NCBI GenBank assembly: GCA_031550405.1
Contig: JAVBOP010000154.1
Location: 1 to 50,273, forward strand
Reading direction: 5' to 3'
Origin: Candidatus Kapaibacterium sp.
Lineage (GTDB): Bacteria > Bacteroidota > Ignavibacteria > Kapaibacteriales > UBA2268
DNA: 50,273 bases
Shown here: one piece after another, positions 29,952 through 38,718 of the stretch
How positions within the stretch are numbered: the first letter of the stretch is position 1
Layout: every line of letters starts with the position of its first letter
Notes under the pieces: model-generated
What the model saw: only the letters and a program-made list of their open reading frames with translations
What the model was told of the DNA's origin: nothing
Database searches by the model: none
Made by a program: the position numbers and the translations under genes

Positions 29952-31022
29952 ATGAAATTTTATTTTGTGATGGCAGCGCTGCTTTTGGGTGTTGCTGCGT
30001 GTGATAATTGTAATCCAATTGACTGCTGCAATGGCAACGGAACTAATGACAGTACTTTGTACTTTACGGGCATTGCATTAAATAATTTTGCACCGGCAAT
30101 ATTTAGCATTGAGGAGACTGGCACAAATTTTATGAAAATTGCGGATAATTCGCAAATGTTTTCGCCGCCATCTTTTGATGAAAATATTGCAGTATTGGAA
30201 ATACCTGATACGAGCCAATACAGGAGCATTTTATTAAAAAATATTCATAATTCTGATGTGATAGAAATTGCGAAATCGGACAAGCAAACATTTGGTTCGC
30301 CTGTGATTTCAAGCACGGGAACAAGAGTTGCATATTGCTCCGCAAATGAATTATACATGTGGGTTTATGATAAATTGACTGGCTCAACTTATTTGGAACT
30401 GTTAAGCACAAGTTACTTAAATTCCATTAGCTTGCCGGCATTTTCCGATAATGGAAAATATTTGGCTTTTGCTGAAATTGTTTCAAATGACCTGATTAAA
30501 ATGAAAATAATTGATGCAAATCATTCGGAAAATATTGTTTGGTCTAAAAATTTTGAATATAAATCTGAAAAAAATTATCAAATTAAATGGATACAAAATA
30601 AAAATGTAATATATTTTATTCAAAACGACACAACTATGTTCAAGTATAGTATTGAGTCAGGAGAAAGCAACATAAGTTTTGGCAATAGCGACAATTTGGG
30701 AGTAATATCAGCAAACATATCTTCGGATGAAAAATATATTGCTTTTACGAATTTGAAAAATGAATTTTGGATAAAGTCGGTTGTTGATAATAATTTTTAT
30801 CGTTTAACAGATGATTCGGGTAATAAGGTTTTTTCTCCGATGTGGAATAACAGGAACGATAAGCTAACTTTTTTTGAATCTAATGCTTACAGCGATGGAA
30901 CGCAATTGGATTTATTTATAATTGATGTTAATTTTGAAGATAATATTCCGAAAATTTCTAATAAAACGCTTATTTTTAATAATGTTTTAAATAGTATCTG
31001 GGGACGCTCAGCTAACCAATGA
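29952..31022 (+). CDS. Lipoprotein with TolB-like (PD40) beta-propeller repeats
   Basis: Has a lipobox (LLGVAACDN) and recurring S(P/D)xGxxxA(F/Y) blades (SSTGTRVAY, SDNGKYLAF, SSDEKYIAF). Its stop overlaps the sigma-factor ATG (ATGA). Confidence 0.5.
   Translation: MKFYFVMAALLLGVAACDNCNPIDCCNGNGTNDSTLYFTGIALNNFAPAIFSIEETGTNFMKIADNSQMFSPPSFDENIAVLEIPDTSQYRSILLKNIHNSDVIEIAKSDKQTFGSPVISSTGTRVAYCSANELYMWVYDKLTGSTYLELLSTSYLNSISLPAFSDNGKYLAFAEIVSNDLIKMKIIDANHSENIVWSKNFEYKSEKNYQIKWIQNKNVIYFIQNDTTMFKYSIESGESNISFGNSDNLGVISANISSDEKYIAFTNLKNEFWIKSVVDNNFYRLTDDSGNKVFSPMWNNRNDKLTFFESNAYSDGTQLDLFIIDVNFEDNIPKISNKTLIFNNVLNSIWGRSANQ
30231..30250. repeat. Palindromic motif match inside a CDS (TTATTAAAAAATATTCATAA)
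   Basis: Lies inside the PD40 lipoprotein gene, encoding ..ILLKNIHN.. Confidence 0.4.
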
Positions 31023-31603
31023 AAATTAATTACGGCAATTTTAGCGATAGCCAATTGATAGAATGTCTTAAGAAAAAAGACAAAAATACAAATAAAGCCT
31101 TTGCGGAGATTTATTCAAGATATTCGCAGAAGTTGTATTCATATTGCGTTAGAATGCTCGGCAATTCTGAAGATGCTGCCGATTGTTTTCAAGAAACATT
31201 TATTAAATTTTATGAAAAAGTAGGACAAAAAAGTGAGACCGGCAGCGTGCTGTCATATTTAATTATAATAGCCAAGCGTTTGTTTTTGAATAAAAAACGA
31301 TTTGACGACAGGCGGTTTGATTTTGTTGATGCAGATTGGGAAGAAATTGAAAAATCATATAACACGGAAGATCATGATCCGCTTGAACAAAAAGAATTGG
31401 AAATGATATTGCCAGAAGTACTTATGAAGCTGTCTTATCCATTGCGGGAAATTGTTGTATTGCGCTTGTACCAAAATCTGTCTTACGAAGAAATAGAATT
31501 TATTACTGGCACAAGCTACACTCTACTTCGAAACAGGCTTATGAGGGCAAAGGAAAAATTGCGTAAAGATTTGGAAACATATTTTAAAGAATGTAATAAA
31601 TAA
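31019..31603 (+). CDS. ECF-type RNA polymerase sigma factor
   Basis: Has region 2 (AEDAADCFQETFIKFYE) and a region 4 HTH (LSYEEIEFITGTSYTLLRNRLMRAKEKLR). Confidence 0.85.
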   Translation: MKINYGNFSDSQLIECLKKKDKNTNKAFAEIYSRYSQKLYSYCVRMLGNSEDAADCFQETFIKFYEKVGQKSETGSVLSYLIIIAKRLFLNKKRFDDRRFDFVDADWEEIEKSYNTEDHDPLEQKELEMILPEVLMKLSYPLREIVVLRLYQNLSYEEIEFITGTSYTLLRNRLMRAKEKLRKDLETYFKECNK

Positions 31604-31616
31604 CATACAGAATATA

Positions 31617-32924
31617 ATGGAAAATATTGTAGAAATCGTTAATAGATATTTTGATGGCAGTTTGCAGCAGCATGAAGAAAAATGGCTGTTTGATGAGCTG
31701 GCAATATCTCAATATACCCGGAATGTATTTAATCAATATCTGCGCCTGCATCTTAGTGCGTCAAAAGATACCACAAGTTTGATGCCGCCGATTGAAGCAA
31801 CTGAAAATGTGTTCAGATCATTGGGTTTTTCCATTCCATCCAATATGTCTGATGACTCTAAAAAACTGTTTCCAAAAACGCTGTCTGGCTTTGCTATATC
31901 GCTGTTAGTACTGTTTTTCACATGCTTCATTAGCGCTGCAACACTTGGTATTTATAAATTAGTAACGGGTGATAACGTTGCAGCAGGCGATTCGATTGCA
32001 AAATTTTCGCAAAATATAATTGACGAAAATGTACTGTTTAGCACCGCTGCCATCAAAAAAGATAAAAATAATTTGGAAATAACTGAAGGAATTATTAAAA
32101 ATAATTCAGAATATAGCTCGCAGCGTGTAAATACTGGCTCAGCAAAAGCAGAAAATCCAAATAGCGCAGGCAAGGTCAGGCAGAATATACAATCACTTGC
32201 TTATCATCAGGCTTTACCTGAAATGTATGCTTCTAATATGTTGTCAAATTCTGAAGATGATTATGAAAAAAAATTAATAAATCTTTCGAATAATAACCAG
32301 TTGAAAAAAAACAGTGTTAATGATATAACTGCTAAAAATATAGACAAAAGCACTAATGATATTTCTGCACTTTCGAATTCATTAATTCCAAACAACAACA
32401 TATTCTCGAATAATAATTTGCTTATTAACGACATAAACACGACAAAATTTATATTACTTTTAAATAAATCTTTTTTTGCAAAAATGCCGACATATAATAT
32501 AGATGAAAATAATGCGTTTTGGAATAATATAGATTTTAGTATTTCGTACAAATTGAGCAATAGACACACTATTGGCGTAGAATTTGGCTGGGAAGACTAT
32601 GCGCAAGAGTTTGATAGAACTATAAATGGCGAGGCATTCACACAGCAGCAAATTCCAACCTTATTTTATGGAAGCGCCATTTATTCATATAACTTAGCTC
32701 CAATATTATCGCTTGAAGCTGTCGAGCCGTTTGCAAAATTCTCTGTCGGAGGCACTTCTATTGGACCTGTGATAGGTTCGTCATTGGGAGCATATATCAA
32801 ATTATATGGAAATTTCGGCTTGTCAATATCAGAAAATTTTAATTTATTATTCTACAATGTAGAAAACAACCTGTATAATTCTAATAAGTTAGAAACTCGC
32901 TTCGGCATATTTTACGGATTTTAA
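31617..32924 (+). CDS. Putative anti-sigma factor with one TM segment, an Asn-rich linker and a C-terminal beta-barrel-like domain
   Basis: Lies immediately downstream of the ECF sigma gene. The N-terminus, VNRYFDGSLQQHEEKWLFDEL, resembles anti-sigma N-domains but lacks Zn ligands. TM segment: FAISLLVLFFTCFISAATLGIY. The C-terminal part of about 140 aa has alternating hydrophobic strands and ends in ..RFGIFYGF. Confidence 0.4.
   Translation: MENIVEIVNRYFDGSLQQHEEKWLFDELAISQYTRNVFNQYLRLHLSASKDTTSLMPPIEATENVFRSLGFSIPSNMSDDSKKLFPKTLSGFAISLLVLFFTCFISAATLGIYKLVTGDNVAAGDSIAKFSQNIIDENVLFSTAAIKKDKNNLEITEGIIKNNSEYSSQRVNTGSAKAENPNSAGKVRQNIQSLAYHQALPEMYASNMLSNSEDDYEKKLINLSNNNQLKKNSVNDITAKNIDKSTNDISALSNSLIPNNNIFSNNNLLINDINTTKFILLLNKSFFAKMPTYNIDENNAFWNNIDFSISYKLSNRHTIGVEFGWEDYAQEFDRTINGEAFTQQQIPTLFYGSAIYSYNLAPILSLEAVEPFAKFSVGGTSIGPVIGSSLGAYIKLYGNFGLSISENFNLLFYNVENNLYNSNKLETRFGIFYGF
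32261..32280. repeat. Palindromic motif match inside a CDS (TTATGAAAAAAAATTAATAA)
   Basis: Lies inside the anti-sigma-like gene, encoding ..DYEKKLIN.. Confidence 0.4.
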
Positions 32925-32997
32925 ATTTTATAACATGAAAACGCCAACAGCCGTAGAAACATAATTTTAACAGGCAATATCAATAGCATAAGCAATT

Positions 32998-33945
32998 CTA
33001 TCTTACAATAAATCGCATGGTTGCAGCGGTTACTTCCTCTACCGAAAGCAACTCGACATTGCCTTCTGGCTGTTCCGGGATAACAACGGCGTTTTCTTTG
33101 CTTAGTGGACGAAATTTAGCTATGTTCCATGGAATATTGCAAGTTAGGACAACGGCAGGAAGATTAAAAGCTGTGGCGACATGCACCAAAGATGTGTCGG
33201 GTGTTATAAGCAAACCAGCTCGGGCAACCAATGCGATAACCTCTGCAAATGGCGAAGGCGGAAAATGTATAATATTAGTGGCATTGCAAATTTTGCCGGC
33301 AATGTTAAGCTGTGAAATATCAGAAATTAAAACATATTTTGTGTAATTTTTCGTTCGATTGATAAATTCAATCCAATTAGCTTCTTTCCACATCCTTGTA
33401 GCATTTCCAGCGGAAATATTAACTATAGTATAATCTTGTAACTTATTTATATTCAGGAAATTATCAATTTTATCAATAGTACTTTTATCGATATGAAGGT
33501 ATGGTTGCGCAGGTTTTGTTGAAATATCCAAATATTTCAATGTATTATGCAGGCGTTCAATAAAATGCAAGTCGATATTTTCTTCATAAGATGAAATTGC
33601 AATATCAAAAACACTGTGCTTTGCATCATTAAACCCTATTTTTTTATTCGCCTTAGCAAGTTTTGCAATGAAATAGCTTTCACTTGAAAAATGATCTTTG
33701 GGATCGATATAATAATTAAAATTAATGCGCTTTAATTTAAATATAAATTTAAAAATATTTACAGGATTTTTGTCGTAAATCAAAACCTGTTTAACATCGG
33801 GATTATTCGACACAATTGTATGGTTTGCGCTGCCCGCAATAAAATAAATTTCTGAATCGGGGAATTGTTGTTTGATGGGCTTTATAGCGGATGTCATAAG
33901 TATCATATCGCCTATTCTGCCTAATTGAACGATAGCTATTTTCAT
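32998..33945 (-). CDS. Glycosyltransferase family 9 (LPS heptosyltransferase-like)
   Basis: Has a MKIAIVQLGRIGDMILMTSAIKPIK N-terminus and the C-terminal TPDTSLVHVATAF motif. Confidence 0.8.
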   Translation of the reverse strand: MKIAIVQLGRIGDMILMTSAIKPIKQQFPDSEIYFIAGSANHTIVSNNPDVKQVLIYDKNPVNIFKFIFKLKRINFNYYIDPKDHFSSESYFIAKLAKANKKIGFNDAKHSVFDIAISSYEENIDLHFIERLHNTLKYLDISTKPAQPYLHIDKSTIDKIDNFLNINKLQDYTIVNISAGNATRMWKEANWIEFINRTKNYTKYVLISDISQLNIAGKICNATNIIHFPPSPFAEVIALVARAGLLITPDTSLVHVATAFNLPAVVLTCNIPWNIAKFRPLSKENAVVIPEQPEGNVELLSVEEVTAATMRFIVR

Positions 33946-33958
33946 TTTTCCTTACTTT

Positions 33959-34005
33959 AAAAAAAGCCGATATTACGCACCGGATGAGATATTGTGCCGT
34001 ATCGG
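33959..34005 (-). terminator. Terminator-like hairpin with a long loop, downstream of cheR
   Basis: On the minus strand: CCGATA...TATCGG(C) followed by T7. Confidence 0.5.
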
Positions 34006-34011
34006 ATGGGA

Positions 34012-34031
34012 TTATGAATTTTTTTTAATTA
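34012..34031. repeat. 20-bp palindromic motif copy, variant (TTATGAATTTTTTTTAATTA)
   Basis: 15 nt after the cheR stop and just before the terminator hairpin. Confidence 0.65.
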
Positions 34032-34045
34032 TCACATTTGTCATT

Positions 34046-34981
34046 CTATTCTTTTTTGTATGCCATGGCTTTGGGTAAATGTACCAGTTTGAATGCTTTG
34101 GATATGCCATGCAGCGACTCGGAATAACCGATAAATAAATAGCCGTCTTTATTCAGGGCATCGTATAGATATGAAACTACTTGCTGCTTTGATGGTATGT
34201 CGAAGTAAATAAGAACGTTACAGCAAAAAATAACATCCATTCCATAAATCGAACGCATTTGCTTTGCGTCGTATAAGTTTATATTCGTAAATTTCACCAA
34301 CCGCTTTACTTCGTCTGATAATCTATAATTTGTGCCGTCGTATCTAAAGTATTTGTTCAGCAAATGCGGCGGTACATTGCGAATGGCATATTCTTTGTAT
34401 ATTCCCTGCTTCGCCTGCTCAATAACCGCATTATTTATATCTGACGCTAATATTTGGAATTGAACTTTGGGGTATTTGTTCCTCAATTTTTCGAGAATCA
34501 TAATCGCAATGGTATATGCTTCTTCGCCGGTGGAAGAGGCTGCAACCCAGATCTTGTATGTTGGAGAGATCAGCCCTGCTTTTGAGGATATTGTTTCTGG
34601 AATCACAATATTTTCGAGTGCTTCAAACTGTTGCGGCGCTCTGAAAAAATAAGTCTCGTTTATTGTTATTGCTTCAAATAGTTCGTTAAGTTCTGTTCGT
34701 CCTGATGCAGATTGCAAGAATCTTAAATATTCTTCAAAAGTACGCATTTTAGTTATAGTTAAGCGGCGAGCTATACGTCCTTCGAGCAAATATTTTTTAC
34801 TGTCAGTGAAATATATGCCGCATAATTGATATATGTAACTTCTGAATTCTTGGAAGATTTCATTAGTCATCTCCATTTTATCAATGCTAAACTGATTCAT
34901 ACGGTTGGGTTCTTCCTGGTTATTGGTTTTAGAAGCAATTTTAGTTTTGGAAAAATCAAACTTAAATAACTGAGATGCCAT
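34046..34981 (-). CDS. cheR: CheR-type protein-glutamate O-methyltransferase
   Basis: Has NETYFFR, the IWVAASSTGEEAYTIA SAM-binding motif and DVIFCCNVLIYF. An alternative internal start lies at MNQFSIDK. Confidence 0.85.
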   Translation of the reverse strand: MASQLFKFDFSKTKIASKTNNQEEPNRMNQFSIDKMEMTNEIFQEFRSYIYQLCGIYFTDSKKYLLEGRIARRLTITKMRTFEEYLRFLQSASGRTELNELFEAITINETYFFRAPQQFEALENIVIPETISSKAGLISPTYKIWVAASSTGEEAYTIAIMILEKLRNKYPKVQFQILASDINNAVIEQAKQGIYKEYAIRNVPPHLLNKYFRYDGTNYRLSDEVKRLVKFTNINLYDAKQMRSIYGMDVIFCCNVLIYFDIPSKQQVVSYLYDALNKDGYLFIGYSESLHGISKAFKLVHLPKAMAYKKE

Positions 34982-35022
34982 TTTTTTTACTTTAATTATC
35001 TAAATAATTCAAATTAGCCTTA

Positions 35023-36294
35023 TTAATTTTCTAATAATGCTTCCATTTTTTGCTTATTCTCTATTGATGTTTCCAGAGAATATTGGCGTAATTTGTTTGT
35101 AATATAGTCAGAATCTTTGAGTTTTAATGCGCTTAATGTATGGAGAATATGCTTGGCGTCTGTCAATTCAAAATTGATAAGCAAAGTATTTATTACCGCA
35201 TCTTTATTAGGCAAAGGAATTGAGTCCCAGCACAAAGTAATATTTTCCAAAAAATCGGTTTGAATATGGGCAGTATTTTCCCACTCAAAAAACATGTTGA
35301 AAAATTCATTAATAATTGCTGCTTCAGAGTTTGCCGTGATATTATATATTATGTTCTGATTTGCATCTTCAATGTTCTTTCCAATCACAGCAATCAGCGC
35401 ATCAAAATCTTCTTTTCCATACTTGTCGCCCAGCGCTATCAAGCCTGCCATTCTGATATTTTCATCGTCTTCCAGCATGGCTCTATGCGCCACAAACCGT
35501 AAATTATCAGGCATAATCAAAGGCTCGCCCAGCCTGAATGCTATCGCAAAAGCTGTCATTAGCATGATTTTCTGCATTTCCGGATGGCTTGATTCCATTC
35601 TTTCCAACAGGTTGTATGATATGCTTATATGTTTAGCGTTGAATGCAAGTGCATCAATTATGGCAATTTGCAAGAACTGGTTGTTTTCCGAAGATAATTT
35701 TTCAAGCAGATAATCTTCTGAAATATTGCCGCCGATTTTGCCAATAGCTTCAATGACAGAAGGCTTTATCTCCTCAAAATTTTCATAAATCATAATCAGT
35801 TGATCCAATGCGCTTTCAGCTTGTATATTGCCCAATGCTTCAACACCGGCTATTTGGACATTTTTATCGCTATCTGTCAGCAATGGCAGTATGTTATCGG
35901 CAATACTGGCATCAGCAACAAGTCCCAGTATATCACATGCAAATTTGCGAACATCGTGATCCTTATCTTTCAAAAATGGCAGCAAGGTAGATACGGAAGC
36001 GCTGCCGAGCTTAATCAGTATATCGCCTGCCAAATTGCGCAGCTCTATGTCCGGAACCGTGATATAGGATGATATTGAACTTGCAGCGAGCGGCTTGAAT
36101 TCATCGGGAGCTTCGGATAGTGCCCGCTGGCATATATCTCTTATGCCGATTTCAGGGTCTAAAAGACCGTTGGCAAACGCCTTTATGGAAATCTCATTAA
36201 TCATCTGATTATGTATCAGATCATTTACGGCATGGCGGCGATTATCCGGATATGGGTCGTTTTGAAATTTATTTATTAATTCTTTAAATTCCAT
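35023..36294 (-). CDS. HEAT-repeat (PBS-lyase-like) protein
   Basis: Has repeated D.....R..A...LG units (DNRRHAVNDL, DPEIGIRDICQRAL, DHDVRKFACDILG, DSDKNVQIAGVEALG). Confidence 0.7.
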   Translation of the reverse strand: MEFKELINKFQNDPYPDNRRHAVNDLIHNQMINEISIKAFANGLLDPEIGIRDICQRALSEAPDEFKPLAASSISSYITVPDIELRNLAGDILIKLGSASVSTLLPFLKDKDHDVRKFACDILGLVADASIADNILPLLTDSDKNVQIAGVEALGNIQAESALDQLIMIYENFEEIKPSVIEAIGKIGGNISEDYLLEKLSSENNQFLQIAIIDALAFNAKHISISYNLLERMESSHPEMQKIMLMTAFAIAFRLGEPLIMPDNLRFVAHRAMLEDDENIRMAGLIALGDKYGKEDFDALIAVIGKNIEDANQNIIYNITANSEAAIINEFFNMFFEWENTAHIQTDFLENITLCWDSIPLPNKDAVINTLLINFELTDAKHILHTLSALKLKDSDYITNKLRQYSLETSIENKQKMEALLEN

Positions 36295-36308
36295 GTACTT
36301 ACAATATT

Positions 36309-36316
36309 CAAACGTA
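36309..36316 (-). promoter_or_regulatory. TACGTTTG candidate -7 box upstream of the HEAT-repeat gene
   Basis: 15 nt upstream of ATG 36294. Confidence 0.3.
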
Positions 36317-36456
36317 GTTTATATGCTATAATATCCTGTTGGAATTGTTCGCATAACAATTATAGCATTGCAATATACCTATTTTTTTTGACTTGATATT
36401 CTTAAAACTGTCACCCATTACAAAAAATAGTATGCGTAGAATGATACTCTGTTTAT

Positions 36457-36476
36457 TTATGAAAAAAAAATCATAA
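36457..36476. repeat. 20-bp palindromic motif copy (TTATGAAAAAAAAATCATAA)
   Basis: Lies in the divergent spacer between the HEAT gene and the antiporter gene. Confidence 0.75.
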
Positions 36477-36532
36477 ATGGTAGTGAATGTTTTAAAATTT
36501 TACAATATAGTTTTTACATTGCGATTAATGCG

Positions 36533-36540
36533 TATTTTTG
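36533..36540 (+). promoter_or_regulatory. TATTTTTG candidate -7 box upstream of the antiporter gene
   Basis: 35 nt upstream of ATG 36575. Confidence 0.35.
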
Positions 36541-36574
36541 TTACTGCAAATAAGTTATAGATTAAAAGAACAGA

Positions 36575-38644
36575 ATGATAGATTTCTCACATATTACATT
36601 GCCTTTTACTCTGCCGGTAATTATTGTAACTATATTATTTTTAATATTCTTAGTAATACCAATACTGTTTAAAAAAATACATGTGCCATCAATAATCGGC
36701 TTGATTATCAGCGGCACTGTTTTCGGACAATACGGTTTAAACTTAATTCCAGACGATGCGAGCATCAAGCTACTGGGAGAAATCGGCATCGTGTTTATCA
36801 TGTTTCTTGCGGGAATTGAGCTTGATTTCAACCAAATAAAAGAGAATAAGCAAAAAAGTGTTGTTTTTGGTTTTTTGACTTTTGCATTTCCTTTGACAAT
36901 TGGATTAATAATTTATCATTTTGCTCTGGGTTATAGCTTTCTGCCAGCTGTGCTAATTGCTCTCATGTTTTCAACGCAGACACTCGTATCTTATCCAATT
37001 GTAAGCCGGTTAGGCTTAGCCAACAATCGCAGCAGCGTAACAGCAGTCGGTGGTACGATAATCACAGATACATTGGTTTTGCTGGCGGTCGGTATTTTAA
37101 TAACGGCGGTAAAAAGCGAAATGACGGCAGAATATTTTATCTATTTGGCGATTGCCGTTGCATTGTTTATCTTTTTGGTGGCAGCTGTATTTCCGTTTAT
37201 AGCTAAAATTTTTTTTAAATACATGGAGGATGATAATTATGCTTACTTTACTCTGATAATTGCATTGCTTTTTCTTGCTGGAACGCTCGCACACTTCGTC
37301 AGCCTTGAGCCAATAATTGGAGCGTTTTTATCCGGCATTGCACTTAACCGCTATATTCCAAAAAATTCTGCGCTGATGTCGAATTTGCAGTTTGCAGGCA
37401 ATGCCATATTTATACCTTGCTTTTTGTTTTATGTCGGAACATTAATAGATTACAGTGTTGTTTTTAATGGATACAAGACCATAGAAGTTACTGTAATATT
37501 GACGGTTACAGCTTTGGTTGCAAAATTTATTCCTGCTGTTATTACTGGCAAAATATTCAATTTCACTAAAAATGAAATAATTTTATTATTCGGTCTGTCG
37601 AGTTCGCACGCTGCTGCGGTTATTGCAATACTTATTGTCGGATACGATATTGGAATTGTTGATAACAGCACCTTAAATGCCACTGTATTGCTGGTTTTAT
37701 TGACTTGCATTGTCAGTTCTCTTGTAACGGAAAGAACAGGAAAGAAAATTGTTCTCACGGCAAATATGAAAATTGGCGAACAGGACGACGGTACAGAGCA
37801 TATTGTTGTACCGTATGCAAATCCTAATAATATCAATAAATTACTGGATTTGGCAGTCGCTGGAATTGAAGACAGGCAAAGCATAATTTTTCCACTGACA
37901 ATAGTTATGGAAAATGATAAACAATATCAAAAAACAATAAATATTAATAAAAAAATCATTCAGGACATAACAAATAAATTATATTCAAAAGAAATTATTA
38001 TTACTCCAATTTCGCGGATCGATACAAATCCAATTCCCGGCATCTTACGAACAATTAAGGAACTTACAGCAACAACACTTGTAATTGGATGGACAGGACG
38101 CCAAACGAAATTTGAAACGCTTGGCAGCAATATTGATATGATTCTCGAAACAACGGACTTGCAGACAATTGTGTGCCACATAAATGAATCTTTAAGTATT
38201 TTTACGAATCTGACAGTTGTTGTGCCAGAACACGTTGAGCATGAAAAAGGATTTAAAAAATGGTTTGCTTTTATCGCTACCGTTTCCAAAAATATTGGCT
38301 GCAATGTTACATTTATTTCCAAGAAGACTACCGGCGAAATGCTGCAAAATCATTGTCAAAATTGGAAATTAAATCAATCGGCAAATTTCATTATTATGGA
38401 GACATTTCCAGAGGTTATGGATTTTTTGGCAATTCCGAAAAAAAATACTTTAATGATGTTTATTTTTGCACGAGATAAAAGTATTTCGTTTGACACGTCA
38501 ATGAAAGATTTTATAAAATATGTCAGCCGGATTGATGTGCGCCGCCAGAATCACAGCGATTATAATTTTGCGATTCTCATTCCCGAGCAATATTCTACAG
38601 GAATCGAGCATGATTCAATTCAAGGCGAAATCTCCAAATTTTAA
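36575..38644 (+). CDS. CPA2-type monovalent cation:proton antiporter with a C-terminal soluble domain of about 290 aa
   Basis: Has the GEIGIVFIMFLAGIELDF motif and about 12 TM segments. The C-terminal region has two alpha/beta-like repeats (VVPYANPNN..., LTVVVPEHVEHE...), possibly USP-like. Confidence 0.8.
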   Translation: MIDFSHITLPFTLPVIIVTILFLIFLVIPILFKKIHVPSIIGLIISGTVFGQYGLNLIPDDASIKLLGEIGIVFIMFLAGIELDFNQIKENKQKSVVFGFLTFAFPLTIGLIIYHFALGYSFLPAVLIALMFSTQTLVSYPIVSRLGLANNRSSVTAVGGTIITDTLVLLAVGILITAVKSEMTAEYFIYLAIAVALFIFLVAAVFPFIAKIFFKYMEDDNYAYFTLIIALLFLAGTLAHFVSLEPIIGAFLSGIALNRYIPKNSALMSNLQFAGNAIFIPCFLFYVGTLIDYSVVFNGYKTIEVTVILTVTALVAKFIPAVITGKIFNFTKNEIILLFGLSSSHAAAVIAILIVGYDIGIVDNSTLNATVLLVLLTCIVSSLVTERTGKKIVLTANMKIGEQDDGTEHIVVPYANPNNINKLLDLAVAGIEDRQSIIFPLTIVMENDKQYQKTININKKIIQDITNKLYSKEIIITPISRIDTNPIPGILRTIKELTATTLVIGWTGRQTKFETLGSNIDMILETTDLQTIVCHINESLSIFTNLTVVVPEHVEHEKGFKKWFAFIATVSKNIGCNVTFISKKTTGEMLQNHCQNWKLNQSANFIIMETFPEVMDFLAIPKKNTLMMFIFARDKSISFDTSMKDFIKYVSRIDVRRQNHSDYNFAILIPEQYSTGIEHDSIQGEISKF

Positions 38645-38660
38645 AACAAAACAATAATAT

Positions 38661-38680
38661 TTATGAAAAAAAATTCATAA
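38661..38680. repeat. 20-bp palindromic motif copy (TTATGAAAAAAAATTCATAA)
   Basis: Perfect half-sites. 17 nt after the antiporter stop and 39 nt before the ClC start. Confidence 0.85.
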
Positions 38681-38718
38681 AGGCAATTGTTTAATTGGTT
38701 ATATTATAGTACTTATAT

